A stretch of DNA of 64,000 bases from Squalus acanthias (Eukaryota), in the NCBI GenBank assembly GCA_030390025.1, contig CM059431.1, forward strand, positions 146,322,001-146,386,000. Reading direction: 5' to 3'. The stretch's first letter is position 1; each line of letters starts with the position of its first letter. The notes under the pieces are model-generated. The model made no database searches and was not told where the DNA came from. It worked only from the letters and a program-made list of their open reading frames with translations. Shown one piece after another: positions 40,261-52,400 of this stretch. A program made the translations under genes and the position numbers.

Positions 40261-40514
40261 AGCCAACTAACATATTTACATAATTACTCTCACGATAGCC
40301 TTGCATTACCTGTTGACCCGGCACTCTCAACCCTTCCCTCCACAATTACCAGAATTCTCCTCGATTCACTGCAAATTCCTATCTGTGTATTCGGCAAACC
40401 AGTAGCAGCAGCAACATCTTCTGCACACGGATAATACATTTTAATAGTTTCTGCTAAATAACATAATAACACAGCAGGTTGTATAGAAACATATACTTCA
40501 TCAGGTTTCCCGTT

Positions 40515-40890
40515 TCCATGGCTTAATAAAACATTTTTAACATTGATAACGCCTGTTTCAATCCCTTTTATAATAGAGAATATTGTGCATTTGTTCAGTC
40601 CTCCCAGCACTGGGGGCGCTGCAGTGAACATTCACACATGTCTGCCTGCCATTCTCGCCAGTTTCAACAAACGCAGTGAGAAAACATTCCAGTTCATCTG
40701 CCTAATCATGAGCGAAACCATGGAGATTCGCCAGTAAAGAATTACAAGTCTTATTTATAATGCACACTTTCTGTAAGCGTAAAACTTATTGCTGCCCTCG
40801 TCCCTTGTCACATTCACTTCCTATTATACGTCAAACTTCACAATGCAGACATTAAATTTGAAGTGTAACCTCTCACACCCCGTTACTGGG
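40515..40890 (+). repeat. Diverged duplicated segment, paralogous to 3890-4262
   Basis: See 3890-4262. Confidence 0.8.
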
Positions 40891-40899
40891 ATCTCGTTC

Positions 40900-42870
40900 A
40901 AGGGCTGGGTCAATGGGATTTCGGTGTTGGGCTGTGTCATTTGGGTGTCGGTGTGGGGCTGGATCAGTGGGGTGTCGGTGTAAGGCCGAGTCAGTGGTGT
41001 GTCGGTCAAGAGCTGGGTCAGTGGGGTGTCGGCGTGGGGCTGGGACAGTGGGGTGTGGGTGTGGGGCTGGGTCAGTGGGTTGTCGGTCAAGGGCTGGGTC
41101 AGTTGGGTGTCGGTGAGGGGCTGGGTCAGTGGGGTGTCGGTGTAGGGCAGGATCAGTGGGGTGTAGGTGTAGGGGTGGGTCAGTGGGGTGTCGGTGTAGG
41201 AGTGGGTCAGTGGGGTGTCGGTGTAGGGCTGGATCAGTGGGGTTTCGGTGTAGGGCTGGGCCAGTAGGGTGTCAGTGCAGGGCTGGGCCAGTATTGTGCC
41301 GGTGTAGGGCTGGGCCAGTAGGGTGTCAGTGTAGAGCTGGGTCAGTAGAGTGCCGGTGTAGGGCTGGGCCAGTAGGGTGCCGGTGTAGGGCTGGGCCAGT
41401 AGGGTGTCAGTGTCGAGCTGGGTCAATAGGGTGTCGGTGTAGGGCTGGGTCAGCAGGATGTCAGTGTAATTTTGCGTCATTAGGGTGTTGGTGTGGGGCT
41501 GTGTCAGTGGGCTGTCGGTGTGGGGCTGGGTCAGTAGGGTGTCTGTGTGGGGCTGGATCAGTAGGGTGTCAGTGTAGGGCTGGATCAGTCATGTGTCGGT
41601 GTAGGGCTGGATCAGTGGCGTGTCGATGTAGGGCTGGGTCAGTAGAGTGTCTGTGTAGGGCTGGTTCAGTAGTGTGTCACTGTATGGCTGGATCAGTGGT
41701 GTGTCTGTGTAGGGCTGGTTCAGTGGGGTGTCGGGGTAGGGCTGTGTCAGTGGGGTGTCGGTGTAGGGCTGGGTCAGTAGGGTGTCGATGTGGGCCTGGG
41801 TCAGTGGGGTGTGGGTGTAGGGCTGGGTCAGTGGGGTGTCGGTGTGGGGCTGGGTCAGTGGGGTGTTGTTGTGGGGCTGGGTCAGTGGGGTGCGGGTGTG
41901 GGTCTGGGTCAGTGGGGTGTCAGTGTAGCGCTGGGTCAGTGGGGTGTCGGTGTAGGGCTGGATCAATGGGGTGTCGATGTACGGCTGGGTCAGTAGGGTT
42001 TCGGTGTAGCGCTGGATCAGTAGGCTGTTGTTGTCGGGCTGGGTCCGTGTGGTGTATTTGTAGGACTGGGTCCGTGTGGTGTTGGTGTAGGGCTGGGTCA
42101 GTAGTGTGTCGGTGTAGGGCTGGGTCAGTAGTGTGTCGGTGTACGGCTGAATCAGTATGGTGTTATAGGGCTGGGTCAGTAGAGAGTCTGTGTAGGGCTG
42201 GTTCAGTAGTGTGTCGCTGTATGGCTGGATCAGTGGTGTGTCTGTGTAGGGCTGGTTCAGTGGGGTGTCGGTGTAGGGCTGTGTCAGTGGGGTGTCGGTG
42301 TAGGGCTGGGTCAGTAGTTTGTCGGTGTAGGGCTGGGTCAGCAGTGTGTCGGTGTAGGGCTGGATCAGTATGGTGTTATAGGGCGGGGTCAGTAGAGAGT
42401 CAGTGTAGCGCTGGATCAGTGTGGTGTAGCTGTAGGGTTTCGTCCGTGTGGTGTTGGTGTAGGGCTGGGTCAGTAGTGTGTCGGTGTAGGGCTGGATAGT
42501 GGCGTGTCGATGTAGGGCTGGGTCAGTATGGTGTTGGTATAGGGCTGGGTCAGTAGGGTGTCAGTGTAGCGCTGGATCACTGGGGTGTTAGTGTAGGTCT
42601 GCGACAGTAAGGTGTTGGTATAGGGCTGGGTCAGTAGGTTGTAAGTGTAGCGCTGGGTCAGTGGGGTGTTGGTGTAGGGCTGGGTCCGCGTGGTTTTGGT
42701 ATAGGGCTGAGTCAGTAGGCTGTCGGTGTTGGGCTGGGTCAGTGTGGTGTGGAGCTGGGTCAGTGGGCTGTCGGTGTGGGGCTGGGTCAGTAGGCTGTCG
42801 TTGTAGGGCTGGGTCAGTGGGGTGTGGGTGTAGGGCTGGGTCAGTAGGGTGTTGTTGCAGGGCTGGGGTG
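40900..42870. repeat. 27-bp G-rich minisatellite (gggctgggtcagtggggtgtcggtgta)n
   Basis: 9-codon periodicity in the spurious ORFs (CRCRAGSVG, TQPYTDTPL); followed by a CR1/SINE-type tail (aatggcctctttctgtgctgtacattctatgtaa). Confidence 0.95.
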
Positions 42871-43289
42871 GGAGGAGGCTTTGACCAGTTGAGTAAAATG
42901 GCCTCTTTCTGTGCTGTACATTCTATGTAATTATATTTAAAGTGGGAAGCGAAAAAATCAAATTTTCTGAAGCAGTTTTCTAAAACGGAACTTTGGAAGC
43001 TTTGTTCTTATTTTGAAGCCTGCAACAAGCAAACTCCTCCAGTGGAACTGGGAGATTCCAGTCACCCAGCTAGAGGATGTAGAATGTTTTAAATTGAAAT
43101 GAATTTAACCGTTTCTAAAATATTAAACTGCAAATGGGAATTGTGTATTTCAGAGGAGAGAGTTTGATTAAAGAGACTCGCACAGTTTGACACGTGGGTG
43201 AAGAGTTAGACATATTTATTTCCATCTCCCCGTCTCCGCTCAGTGTCATGTCGCCTCCTGAATCTCTGCCGATCTTTCTCATAACTCCA

Positions 43290-44517
43290 GTTTTGAATCT
43301 CTCAAATCGGGTTTCCGCTCCTGCCACAGCACTAAATTGGCAATAATCAAAGTCAGAACTAAAACATTCTATGACTAATACTCCTGATTCTTCCCGACCT
43401 CTGCAGTCTTTGACACTTTATTGCACAACATCCTCCAACGCCTCTCCTCCGTTGTCCAGCTCAGTGGGACTGCCCTCGCTTGGTTCCACTTTTACCCATC
43501 CAGTCGTAGCCAGAGAATCTCCATCAATGGCTTCTCTTCCTGCTCCCGGACTGTAGTCCCCCATAGATCGCCCCTCGCCCCCTCCTATTTCTGTTCTACA
43601 TGGAGACATTATACGAAGACAAGGGATCAGCTATCACATGCACGCTGACAACACTCTGCTCTACATCTCCACCACCTCTCTCCACCCATCCACAGCTTTT
43701 GCTTTCTCACGCTGCTTGTCCGACATCCAGTCTGAGATGAAATACATATTTCTCAAATTAAATATTTTGAAGACCGAAGACATAGACTTCAGCCCTCGCC
43801 ACGAATTCTGTTCCCTCGGCAATGATTCCATCCCCGTCCTAGCCAGTGTTTCGGATTGAATCAGACTGTTTACAACCTCAGCATTCGATTTAACCCCAAG
43901 CTGAGCTTCCGACCCGATATTCTCTGAATCACAAAGACCGCCTAAATGCAACTCTGTAGTATTATCCATCTTCGCCCCTGCATCAGCCCAGCTGCTGCTG
44001 AAATCCTCATCCATGCTTTTATCACCCGGTGACATGGATTTTTCCAGTGCTCTCTGAGTCACTTTACTCCTTTCACTCTTCGCATGAAAATCGCTGCTCC
44101 GATCACCCCGTCCTTGTGAACCTACATTGGCTCCCGGTCCCTCGACACATCCAAAGGAAAAGTCCCAATGGGCTCATTGCTCGCTCTCTCTGTAACCTCC
44201 TCCAGACCTACAATCCCCAAACTCGCTGTTCCTGCGACTCTGGCCTCTTGTGGCATTTCGCCCTCTCCTCCCTCCATCTATGGAGGCTGTGCCTTCGGCT
44301 GTCCCGGCTCAATGCTCATCAATTCCCACATAAACCTCTCCAGCTCCCTCCTCCTTTAAGACACTCCAAAAATCTCTTCTTTGACGAATCTTTGACCAGG
44401 CTTCCTTCTACCCGCTTTATTCAGCGTCCACCTTTAGTCTGATTCAGCTCCTGTGAGGCGCCTTGCGATGTTTTTAGATGTTAAAAGCGCTGTAGAAATG
44501 TAAGATGTTGTTGTTGT
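43290..44517 (+). mobile_element. Decayed L2-clade LINE 3' part
   Basis: SGTALAWF...RSQRISING, HADNTLLY (decayed YADD), LHWLPV; tail ...aaaagcgctgtagaaatgtaagatgttgttgttg. Confidence 0.8.
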
Positions 44518-44789
44518 GAGTTTATTGTACTCGTGTCAGCGTGAGTGACACAGCAGGTAACTGAATCTTAAAAGGTTCAAACTTGGTTACAACTTAATTC
44601 TGGAGAATAACTTCAACTATATTTTGGATAATTGACTGATCCTAAACTGGATCTCGTTTACATTTCCCCAGTGGGGAAAGGAAAGGACGCTGCCTGATAG
44701 TTTGACTGGACACACGTGCTTGGAAACACTCACAGCGAGACACGTGGACAAGTGGGGAATATTCACTGTAAAACAGTAGTCAAATCTAC

Positions 44790-47235
44790 GAATTATAGTA
44801 GTGATAATGGTGGACTTAATTATCCTAATATAGACTGGGATAGAAATAGTGAAAAGGGCAGAGAGGGGGAAGAATGTCTTAAGTGTGTTCTGGAGAACTT
44901 TCTTGATTAGTACTTTTCCGGCCCAACGAGGAAGGAGGCATTGCTGGATCTGGTTTTGGGGAATGAGGTGGTCAAGTGGAGCAAGTGTCAGTAGGGGAAC
45001 ATTTAGCGATCAGTGATCACAGTATCATAAGGTTTAGATTAGCTAGAGAAAAGGAAAGGGAGCAGTCTAGGGTAAAAATTGGAACTGGCCCGGCTAAATT
45101 GGAATCAAATATTGGCAGACAAAATTAAGTAGTAATCGAACAATGGGCTGCTTTTAAAGAGGAGATGGTTCGGGTAAAGTCAAGATACATTCCCACGAGG
45201 GGGAAAGGTAGGGCAACCAAAATCAGAGCTCCCTGGATGACGAAAGAGACAGTGTAAGATGAAGCAGAAAAAGGATGTCAGGTTGAACCAGGCTGAATAT
45301 AGAAAGTTCAGAGGGGAAGCGAAAAAGGAAATAAGAGGGGCAAAGAGAGAGTATGAAAATAGATTGGCAGGTAACATAAAAGGAAATCCAAAAGTCTTCG
45401 ATAGACATATAAATAATAAATGGGTAGTAAGAGGAGGGGTGGGGCCGATTAGGGACCAAAATGGATTCCTACGGATGGAGACAGAGGGAATGGCTGAGTT
45501 ACTGAATGAGTACTTTAATTGTGTCTTTACCAAGGAAGAACATGCTGCCAAAGTCATAGTAAAAGAGTAGGCCATTGAGATACTGGAAGGGAAAAAATTA
45601 GATAAGGAAAGGTACTAGAAAGGCTGGCTGTAATTAAACTAGATAATTCACCAGGACCGGTTGGGATGCATATTAGGCTGCTGTGGGAGCTGAGGTTGTA
45701 AATTGCGGATGAATATAATTTTCCATATCTTCCAATCCTCCTTGGATACGGGGCTGGTGCCAGAGGACTGGAGAATTACAAATGTTAAACCCTTGATCAA
45801 AAAAGGGGGTGAGGATAAACCCAGCAACGACAGGCCAGTCAGTTTAACCTCGGTAGTTGGGAAGCTTTTAGAAACGAAAATCCGGGACAAAATTACCAGT
45901 CACTTGGACAAGTAAGCATTAATTAAGGAAAGCCAGCACGAATTTGTTAAGGGGAAATCGTGTTTAATAACTTGATTGCGTTTTTTGATGAGGCAACAGA
46001 GAGGGTTGATGAGGACAATGCGGTTGATGTGGTGTACATGGACTTCCAAAAGGCGTTTGATAAAGTATCACATAATAGGTTTGGCAGCAAAGTTGAAGCC
46101 CCTGGAATAAAAGGGACCGTGGCAGCATGAATACGAAATTGGCTAAGTGACAGGACACAGGGAGTAGTGGTGAACGGTTGTTTTTCGGACTGGAGGAATG
46201 TTCACAGTGTTGTTCCCCAGGGGTTGGTAATAGGACCACTACTTTTCTTGATGTATATTAATGACTTAGACTTAGGTGTACAGGGCACAGTTTCAAAATT
46301 TGCAGATAACACAAAACGTGTAAGTACAGTGAACAGTGAGGAGGAGATTGATAGATTTCAAGAGGACACAGACAGGCTGAGGGAATGAGTGGACACTTGG
46401 CAAATGAAATTTATTGCAGAAAAGTGCGAAATGCTATATTTTGATTGGAAGAACGAGGAGAGGTAATATAAACTAAAGGGTACAATTCTAAAGGGTGTGC
46501 ATGAACAGAGAGACCTGGGGTATACGTGAACACATTTTTGAATGTGGAAGGGCAAGTTGAGAAAGTGGTTAAAAAACCATACCGATCCCGGGCTTCATAA
46601 ATACAAGTGTAGAGTTCGAAAGCAAGGAAGTTATGATGAACCTGTATACAAAAACTGGTTCGGCCTCAACTGGAGTATTGAGTCGAATTCTGGGCACCAC
46701 ACTTTTAGAAGGATGTGAAGGACTTAGCGAAGGTGCAGAGAAGATTTATGAGAATGGTTCCAGGGATGAGGAACTTCAGCTACATGGATAGACTGGAGAA
46801 GCTGGGGTTGTTCGCCTTAGAGCAGAGAAGGTTGAGAGGAGATCTGACTGATGTGTTCAAAATCGTGAGGGGTCTCGACAGCGTAGATAGAGAGAAACTG
46901 TTCCCATTGGCAGAAGGGTCGAGAACCAGAGGACACAGATTTACGATGATTGGCAGAAGAATCAAACGCGACATGAGGAAAAACTGTTTTACGCAGCGAG
47001 TGGTTGTGATCTGGAATGAACTTCCTGAAAGGGTGGTGGAGGCTGATTCAATCGTGACTTTCAAAAGGGAATTGGATAAGTAACCGATGGAAAAAAAATG
47101 CATGGCTACGGGAAAAGGGGGGATGTGTGGGACTAGCTGAAGTGCTCGTATTCGAGAGCCGGCACGGGCTCGACGGCTCGAATGGGCTCCTTATGTGCTG
47201 TAAACATTCTGTGATTATTTCTTTCTATGATTCTA
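44790..47235 (+). mobile_element. 5'-truncated, decayed CR1 LINE
   Basis: NYPNIDW (EN), RPVSLTSVVGKLLE, DFQKAFDKV, VPQGLVIGPLLFLMYIND, KFADNTK, QRVVVIWNELP; ttctatgattcta tail. Confidence 0.92.
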
Positions 47236-47868
47236 CATTGCGCGGGCTCATTAGTCAGGTGCTGACACCATGAGAGATATGGTCAATATATTCATATAGA
47301 AGCACTAACCAGGACACATCTCCATTAACACACGGACAATGTCACTGCCCATAGAGACCAGAGGGATCATACCCAGCTATGTATTGTGTGTGGATAAATA
47401 TCACATTTATAAAATACAAGAATTTAATATCAAAACTCAACAAATCAAAATATTAAAAACCACACTGTGTAAAACCGAGTGAAGGATCATTTGATCCATC
47501 AATGATCTCCCCGCTCGTTATTTCCCTGCAGAATATTCACTACCTCAGGAATAAGGCTGGTTTTGGCCTGCACTGTGAGTAAATCTCACCAATGGCCGCT
47601 CCCATTGCGGAGTCTCGGCCGACGGGAGCCCGTCTGGAACTCGGTTGTGGAGATCAGCGGGACTCACTGGATTTCACTGGGCAGCTGTCTGTGATACACC
47701 AAATGTGGAGAGTTGATCGTAACACTCGGGAAATGCTCGATCCCAGAGCTAACAGCTGTTGTACTGATGGGGGAGGAGGGACTTGATATCATGTTTAACA
47801 AGGCAACGTTCTCCTTCTCATTTTAATGTTTCCGTCTAACCCTCCTATTAATATTATATTTATTACAG

Positions 47869-47961
47869 AGCATCAGAATCTGGGAACGCCTGCCAACAGC
47901 ATAGCTGAAGGTCCAAACAGGGGAGAAGATCCAACATCTTCAAGAATGAGAATAGACACTG
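47869..47961 (+). CDS. NLR-like gene exon: (E)HQNLGTPANSIAEGPNRGEDPTSSRMRIDT
   Basis: Acceptor tttattacAG, donor ACTG|GTTGGT, phase 1 to 1, in frame with both neighbours. Confidence 0.75.
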
Positions 47962-48057
47962 GTTGGTTCACAATATTCTTTAAATATAATGTCTGTCCTG
48001 ACAAATGGTCCAGATCTCGTGCAAGAACCTGAGCTCACAGAGGAAGAGGATACTTAT

Positions 48058-48362
48058 TATAAGAAATAGGAATACGCCATTGGATCCTTCGAGCCTGCTC
48101 TTTAATTAGTATCCAATAATCTATCGATCTTTGTCTTGAATATACTCAACGACTGAGCATTCACAGCCTCTGTGGTAGAGAATTCCAAAGATTCACAACC
48201 CTTTGAGTGAAGATATTTTCCTCGCTTTATTCCTAAATGTCTGACCCCATTATTCGGAGACTCTGACCCCCAGTACTAGACTCGCCAGGCAGAGGAAACA
48301 TCCTCCCAGCAGTTACCCTGTCAAGCCCCTTAAGAATTTTATGTTTCGATCAAATCACCTCA
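48058..48362 (-). mobile_element. CR1 3' fragment
   Basis: Homologous to 5532-5900 and 62140-62520 (gaattccaaagattcacaaccctttgagtgaaga). Confidence 0.8.
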
Positions 48363-48769
48363 TGGAACTGGGCAGGGGCTGTGTACAAAACAGGAAGTGA
48401 GTGACCATCTAGAGGGGCACTGCAGTCACAGGTGGAGGGAGCCCTCGAGTACTGGAACTGTCCAATAGATGCCTGGTATTGGGGACTATACGGTGGATAG
48501 AGACAGTGACTCAGAGGATGGTCTTCCTAAGCAACAGTGTGAAACCAGGGAGCAGGAGGCCACCCCGAGAGTTGCGGGGTAGGAGGTTGAGAGCAGTTTA
48601 CCTAAAGGAATAGGAGAACGATAAAAGTGTCTGATTCGACAGTTTGGGGAATAGACAGCTTCTGGTACCAGAGAGAAGAAAATGTTAGAACGGGTGTGAC
48701 CTATTCTGGAAAAGCAAGGAGAGCAGAAAATACTTCCGCTCAAAACCAATAACACAACTAGAAATACAT

Positions 48770-49460
48770 TTTAAAAAATCATTTTCAAGTTGCGAGTGTC
48801 ACTGACAAGCTCAGCATTTATTCCCCATTCCTGGTTGCCCTTGTATAGGTGGTGATAGGCTCCCTTCTTGAATCGCTGCAGTCCACATGATGAAGGTGCT
48901 CCTTCAGTGCTTTTAGGTAGGGAGTTCAAATGTTGAGATCCAGCGACAATGAGGAAGCAGTGATGTCCACTGTCCAAGTTAGGATATTGTGTCATTTTAA
49001 GGTGTACTTGGTATTCCGTTGCACCTGCTTCCCTCGTCCTTCCAGTGGTAAATCTCGAGGGACTGGGTGGCGCTCTCAACGATGGCTTGGCGAGTTACTT
49101 GAGTGCATCCTGTAGACAGCACTCTGTAGCCACGGTACGCCAGTGGTGGAGGGTGTGAATATTTAACCCAATGGATGGGGTGCTGATCAAGCAGAATGCT
49201 TTGTGCTGAATTGTGTCGAGCTTCATGAGTGTTGTTGCAATTGCACTCGTCAGACTAATGGAGAATATTCCATCAGTTCCTGACGTGCATAGTAGGCGGG
49301 GGAATTAACTTGGGGATGAGGAGGTGAGCCATTCGCCACAGATACTCAGCCTCTGGCCTGCTCCAGTAGATACGCTTTTTATGTGGCTGATCCAGTGCAA
49401 TTATTGGATGATGTGGGGGACTTGGCGATTGTAATGTTATTGAATCTCATGGGAATGTGG
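48770..49460 (-). mobile_element. LINE 3' fragment, same family as 14-517
   Basis: Homologous DNA; HCFLIVAGSQHLNSLP...GLQRFKK. Confidence 0.8.
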
Positions 49461-49479
49461 TTGAGGAGATGGAGATGAC

Positions 49480-52400
49480 AAGGGAAAGGTAGCATAGTAG
49501 TTGTGTTACTGGATGAGTCATCTGCAGCTGGGGAATTTAAATTCAGCAAATTAAATAAATCTGGAATTAGAAGTTACGATCAGTAATGGTGACCATGAAA
49601 CTACCGGATTGTTGTAAATACCCATCTGGTTGACTAATGACCTTTAGCGAAGGAACTCTGCCGTCCATACCTACTCTGGCCTATACGTGACTCTAACTGC
49701 CCTCTGAAATGCCCTAACAATCCACTCGATTGTATCAAACCGCTACAGAAAACAGCAAAAGGAAGAATAAAACAGGACGGACCACCCAGCATCGACCTCC
49801 GCACCGGCATTGTACAGGAAAAAGGCTCACCGATCCTAGTCGAACCTGGAAATTCCGCCTCATTAACATCTGGGGAAGTGTGTCAACATTTGGAGAGCTG
49901 TCCCACAGAATAGGCAAGCAACAGCCTGACATTGTCATACTCACAGAATCATACCTTTCAGCCAATGTCCCATAATCCACCATCATCACCAGATGAGGCA
50001 GCATAATGATATGCAGTCAGGAGGGTGTGGTCTGGGGAGAATTGAACATTGACTCCAGACCCCACGAAGCCTCATGGCACAGGTCAAGCATGGGCAAGGA
50101 AACCTCCAGCCGATTACCACTTACCGTCCTCCCTCAGCTGATGAATCAGTGCTTCTCCATGTTGAACACCACTTGGAAGAAGCACTGAGATTATCAAGGG
50201 CACAGAATGTACTCTGGGTGGGGTCTTCAATGTCCATCACCAAGAGTGGCTCGGTAGCTCCACTGCTGGCCGTGTCCTGAAGGACTTAGCGGCCAGGCTG
50301 GGACTGCAGCAGGTGCTGAGAGAACCAACACGAGGGAAAAACCTACTGGACTTCGGCCTCACCAATCTACCTGTCGCAGATGCATCTGTCCATGACATTT
50401 TTGGGAGCAGTGACTACTGCACAGTCATTGTGGAGACGAAGTCCCATCTTCACACTGAGGACACCCTCCATCGTGTTGTGTTCAACTACCAACGTGCTAA
50501 ATGGGATAGATTGAGAACGGATCTAGCAGCTCAGAACTGGGTATCCATGAGGCTCTGTGGGCCATCAGCAGCAGCAGCAGAATCACGACAATCTGTAACC
50601 TCATGGCCCGGCGTATCCCTCACTTTGCCATTACCATCAAGCCAGGGGACCAAAACTGGTTGAATGAAGAGTGCAGAAGAGCATGCCAGGAGTAGTAGCA
50701 TGAGTACCAAAAAATGAGGTGCCAACCTGGGGAAGCTGCAAAACAGGACTACATGCATGCTAAACAGCAGAAGCAGCATGCTGCAGACATAACTAATCGA
50801 TTCAACAACAGACGGATCAGAATAAAACTCTGCAATCCTGCCACATCCGTCGTGAATGGTGGTGGACAATTCAACAACTATCGCGAGGAGGAGGCTCCAT
50901 GAAAATCCCCATCCTCAATGATCGAGGAGCCCAGCACGGAAGTGCAAAAGAGAAGGCTGAAGTGTTCGCAACCATCTGCATCCAAATTGCCGAGTTGATG
51001 ATCCATCTCGGCCTCCTACTGAGGTCGGCACCATCACAGAAGCCAGTCTTCAGCCAATTTGATTCACTCCACGTGATATCAAGAAACGGCTGAGTGCACT
51101 GGATACAGCAAAGGCTATGGACCCTGACAACATCCCGGCTGTCGTGCTGAAGACGTGTGCTCCAGAACTAGCTGCATCTCTAGCCAAGCTGTTCCAGTAC
51201 AGCTACAACATTAACATCTATCCGAGAATGTGGAAAACTACCCAGGTATGTCCTGTCCACAAAAAGCAGGACAAATCCAATTCTGCCAATTACCATCCCA
51301 TCAGTCTACTCGCAATCATCAGCAAAGTGATGGATGATGTCGTCGACAGTGCTATCAAGCAGCACTTACTCACCAATAACCTGCTATCAGATGCCCAGTT
51401 TGGGTTCCGCCAAGACCACTCGGCTCCAGACGTCATTACAACCTTGGTCCAAATACGGACAAAGGAGCTGAATCCTAGAGGTGAGGTGAGAGTGACCGCC
51501 CTTGATATCAAGGAATCATATGACCGAGTGTGGTATCAAGGAGACATAGGGCCAAAAATTCATCCCGGTGCGCGAGAGTACGCACTGCGTACTCTCGCGT
51601 ATTCCCTCTGCAATTGCCGGTTTTCTGCATGCCCTGCGCATGCGCTGAAAACCGGCAATTGCTCTTTTGAAAAGGGGGCGGTTCCTCGGTGCATCGCGTG
51701 CGCGCTACAGGCTGCGCGCACGCTGTGCACTTCATGCTTTGGACGCGCAGGTAAGTACTGAAGATTTTAGAAATGGAAAAAGGAGGAGTAAGACCCACTT
51801 TTAACAAGGTAAGTAGTGAATTAAGTATTTTTTTGAATTTTTTTAACAGGTATATCTTTTTTAGAGACTTTAAAGACAGGTAAGTTTATTTTTATAACTT
51901 TTTAAAAGATTTTAAATTTTTTCAAAAATTTAATTTTTTATTTAAAATGGTTAATTTATTTAACTATACTTATTTTATTAATGTGATGGTTTTTTTTAAA
52001 TTTAATTGAGGTTTAGCTGTTATTTTGGGGGGGTGTAAGATTCATAGATTTCACAGCACGTCTGTGAAACTTATGAATGGAAGATGGTGTGCTGCCATTG
52101 GCTCTAACTGAGTCACGTGATCCCACAGCTCGCACGAATTCACTACGCCGGTGGGATACGCAAGCACTGCCCGGCTGATGTCTGGAACATCAAGTTCGTG
52201 CGAGCTGGATCTGAAAAAGCACAAGCGGAGTGAGAGATCGCGGGGAAGGCTTACCCCCGCGGGAACAGAGCGAGATCAATTTCTGGGCTATTGTAAAATT
52301 GAAGTGAATGGGAATCAAGGAGAAAAGGCTCCACTGGCAGGAGTCATACCTAGCACAAAGGAAGATGGTTGTGGTTTTTGGAGGCCAATCGTCACAGCCC

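Noticed and set aside
40290..40737. Endogenous viral or protein-coding ORF in the duplicated segment
   Set aside because: Substitutions between the two copies show no third-position bias by eye, several frames contain stops, and I recognise no protein motif.
41129..42499. 456-aa Cys-rich ORF (keratin-associated or metallothionein-like)
   Set aside because: It is a translation of the 27-bp minisatellite, open in several frames on both strands, starts at a non-ATG codon and has no exon signals.
40900..42870. Immunoglobulin switch region (GGGCT/GGGGT pentamers)
   Set aside because: AGCT motifs are rare and there are no Ig exons in the window; the resemblance is only compositional.
44672..44775. 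Extra coding exon after catttccccAG
   Set aside because: In the required phase it hits TGA after 8 codons and has no clear donor; at most a UTR relic.
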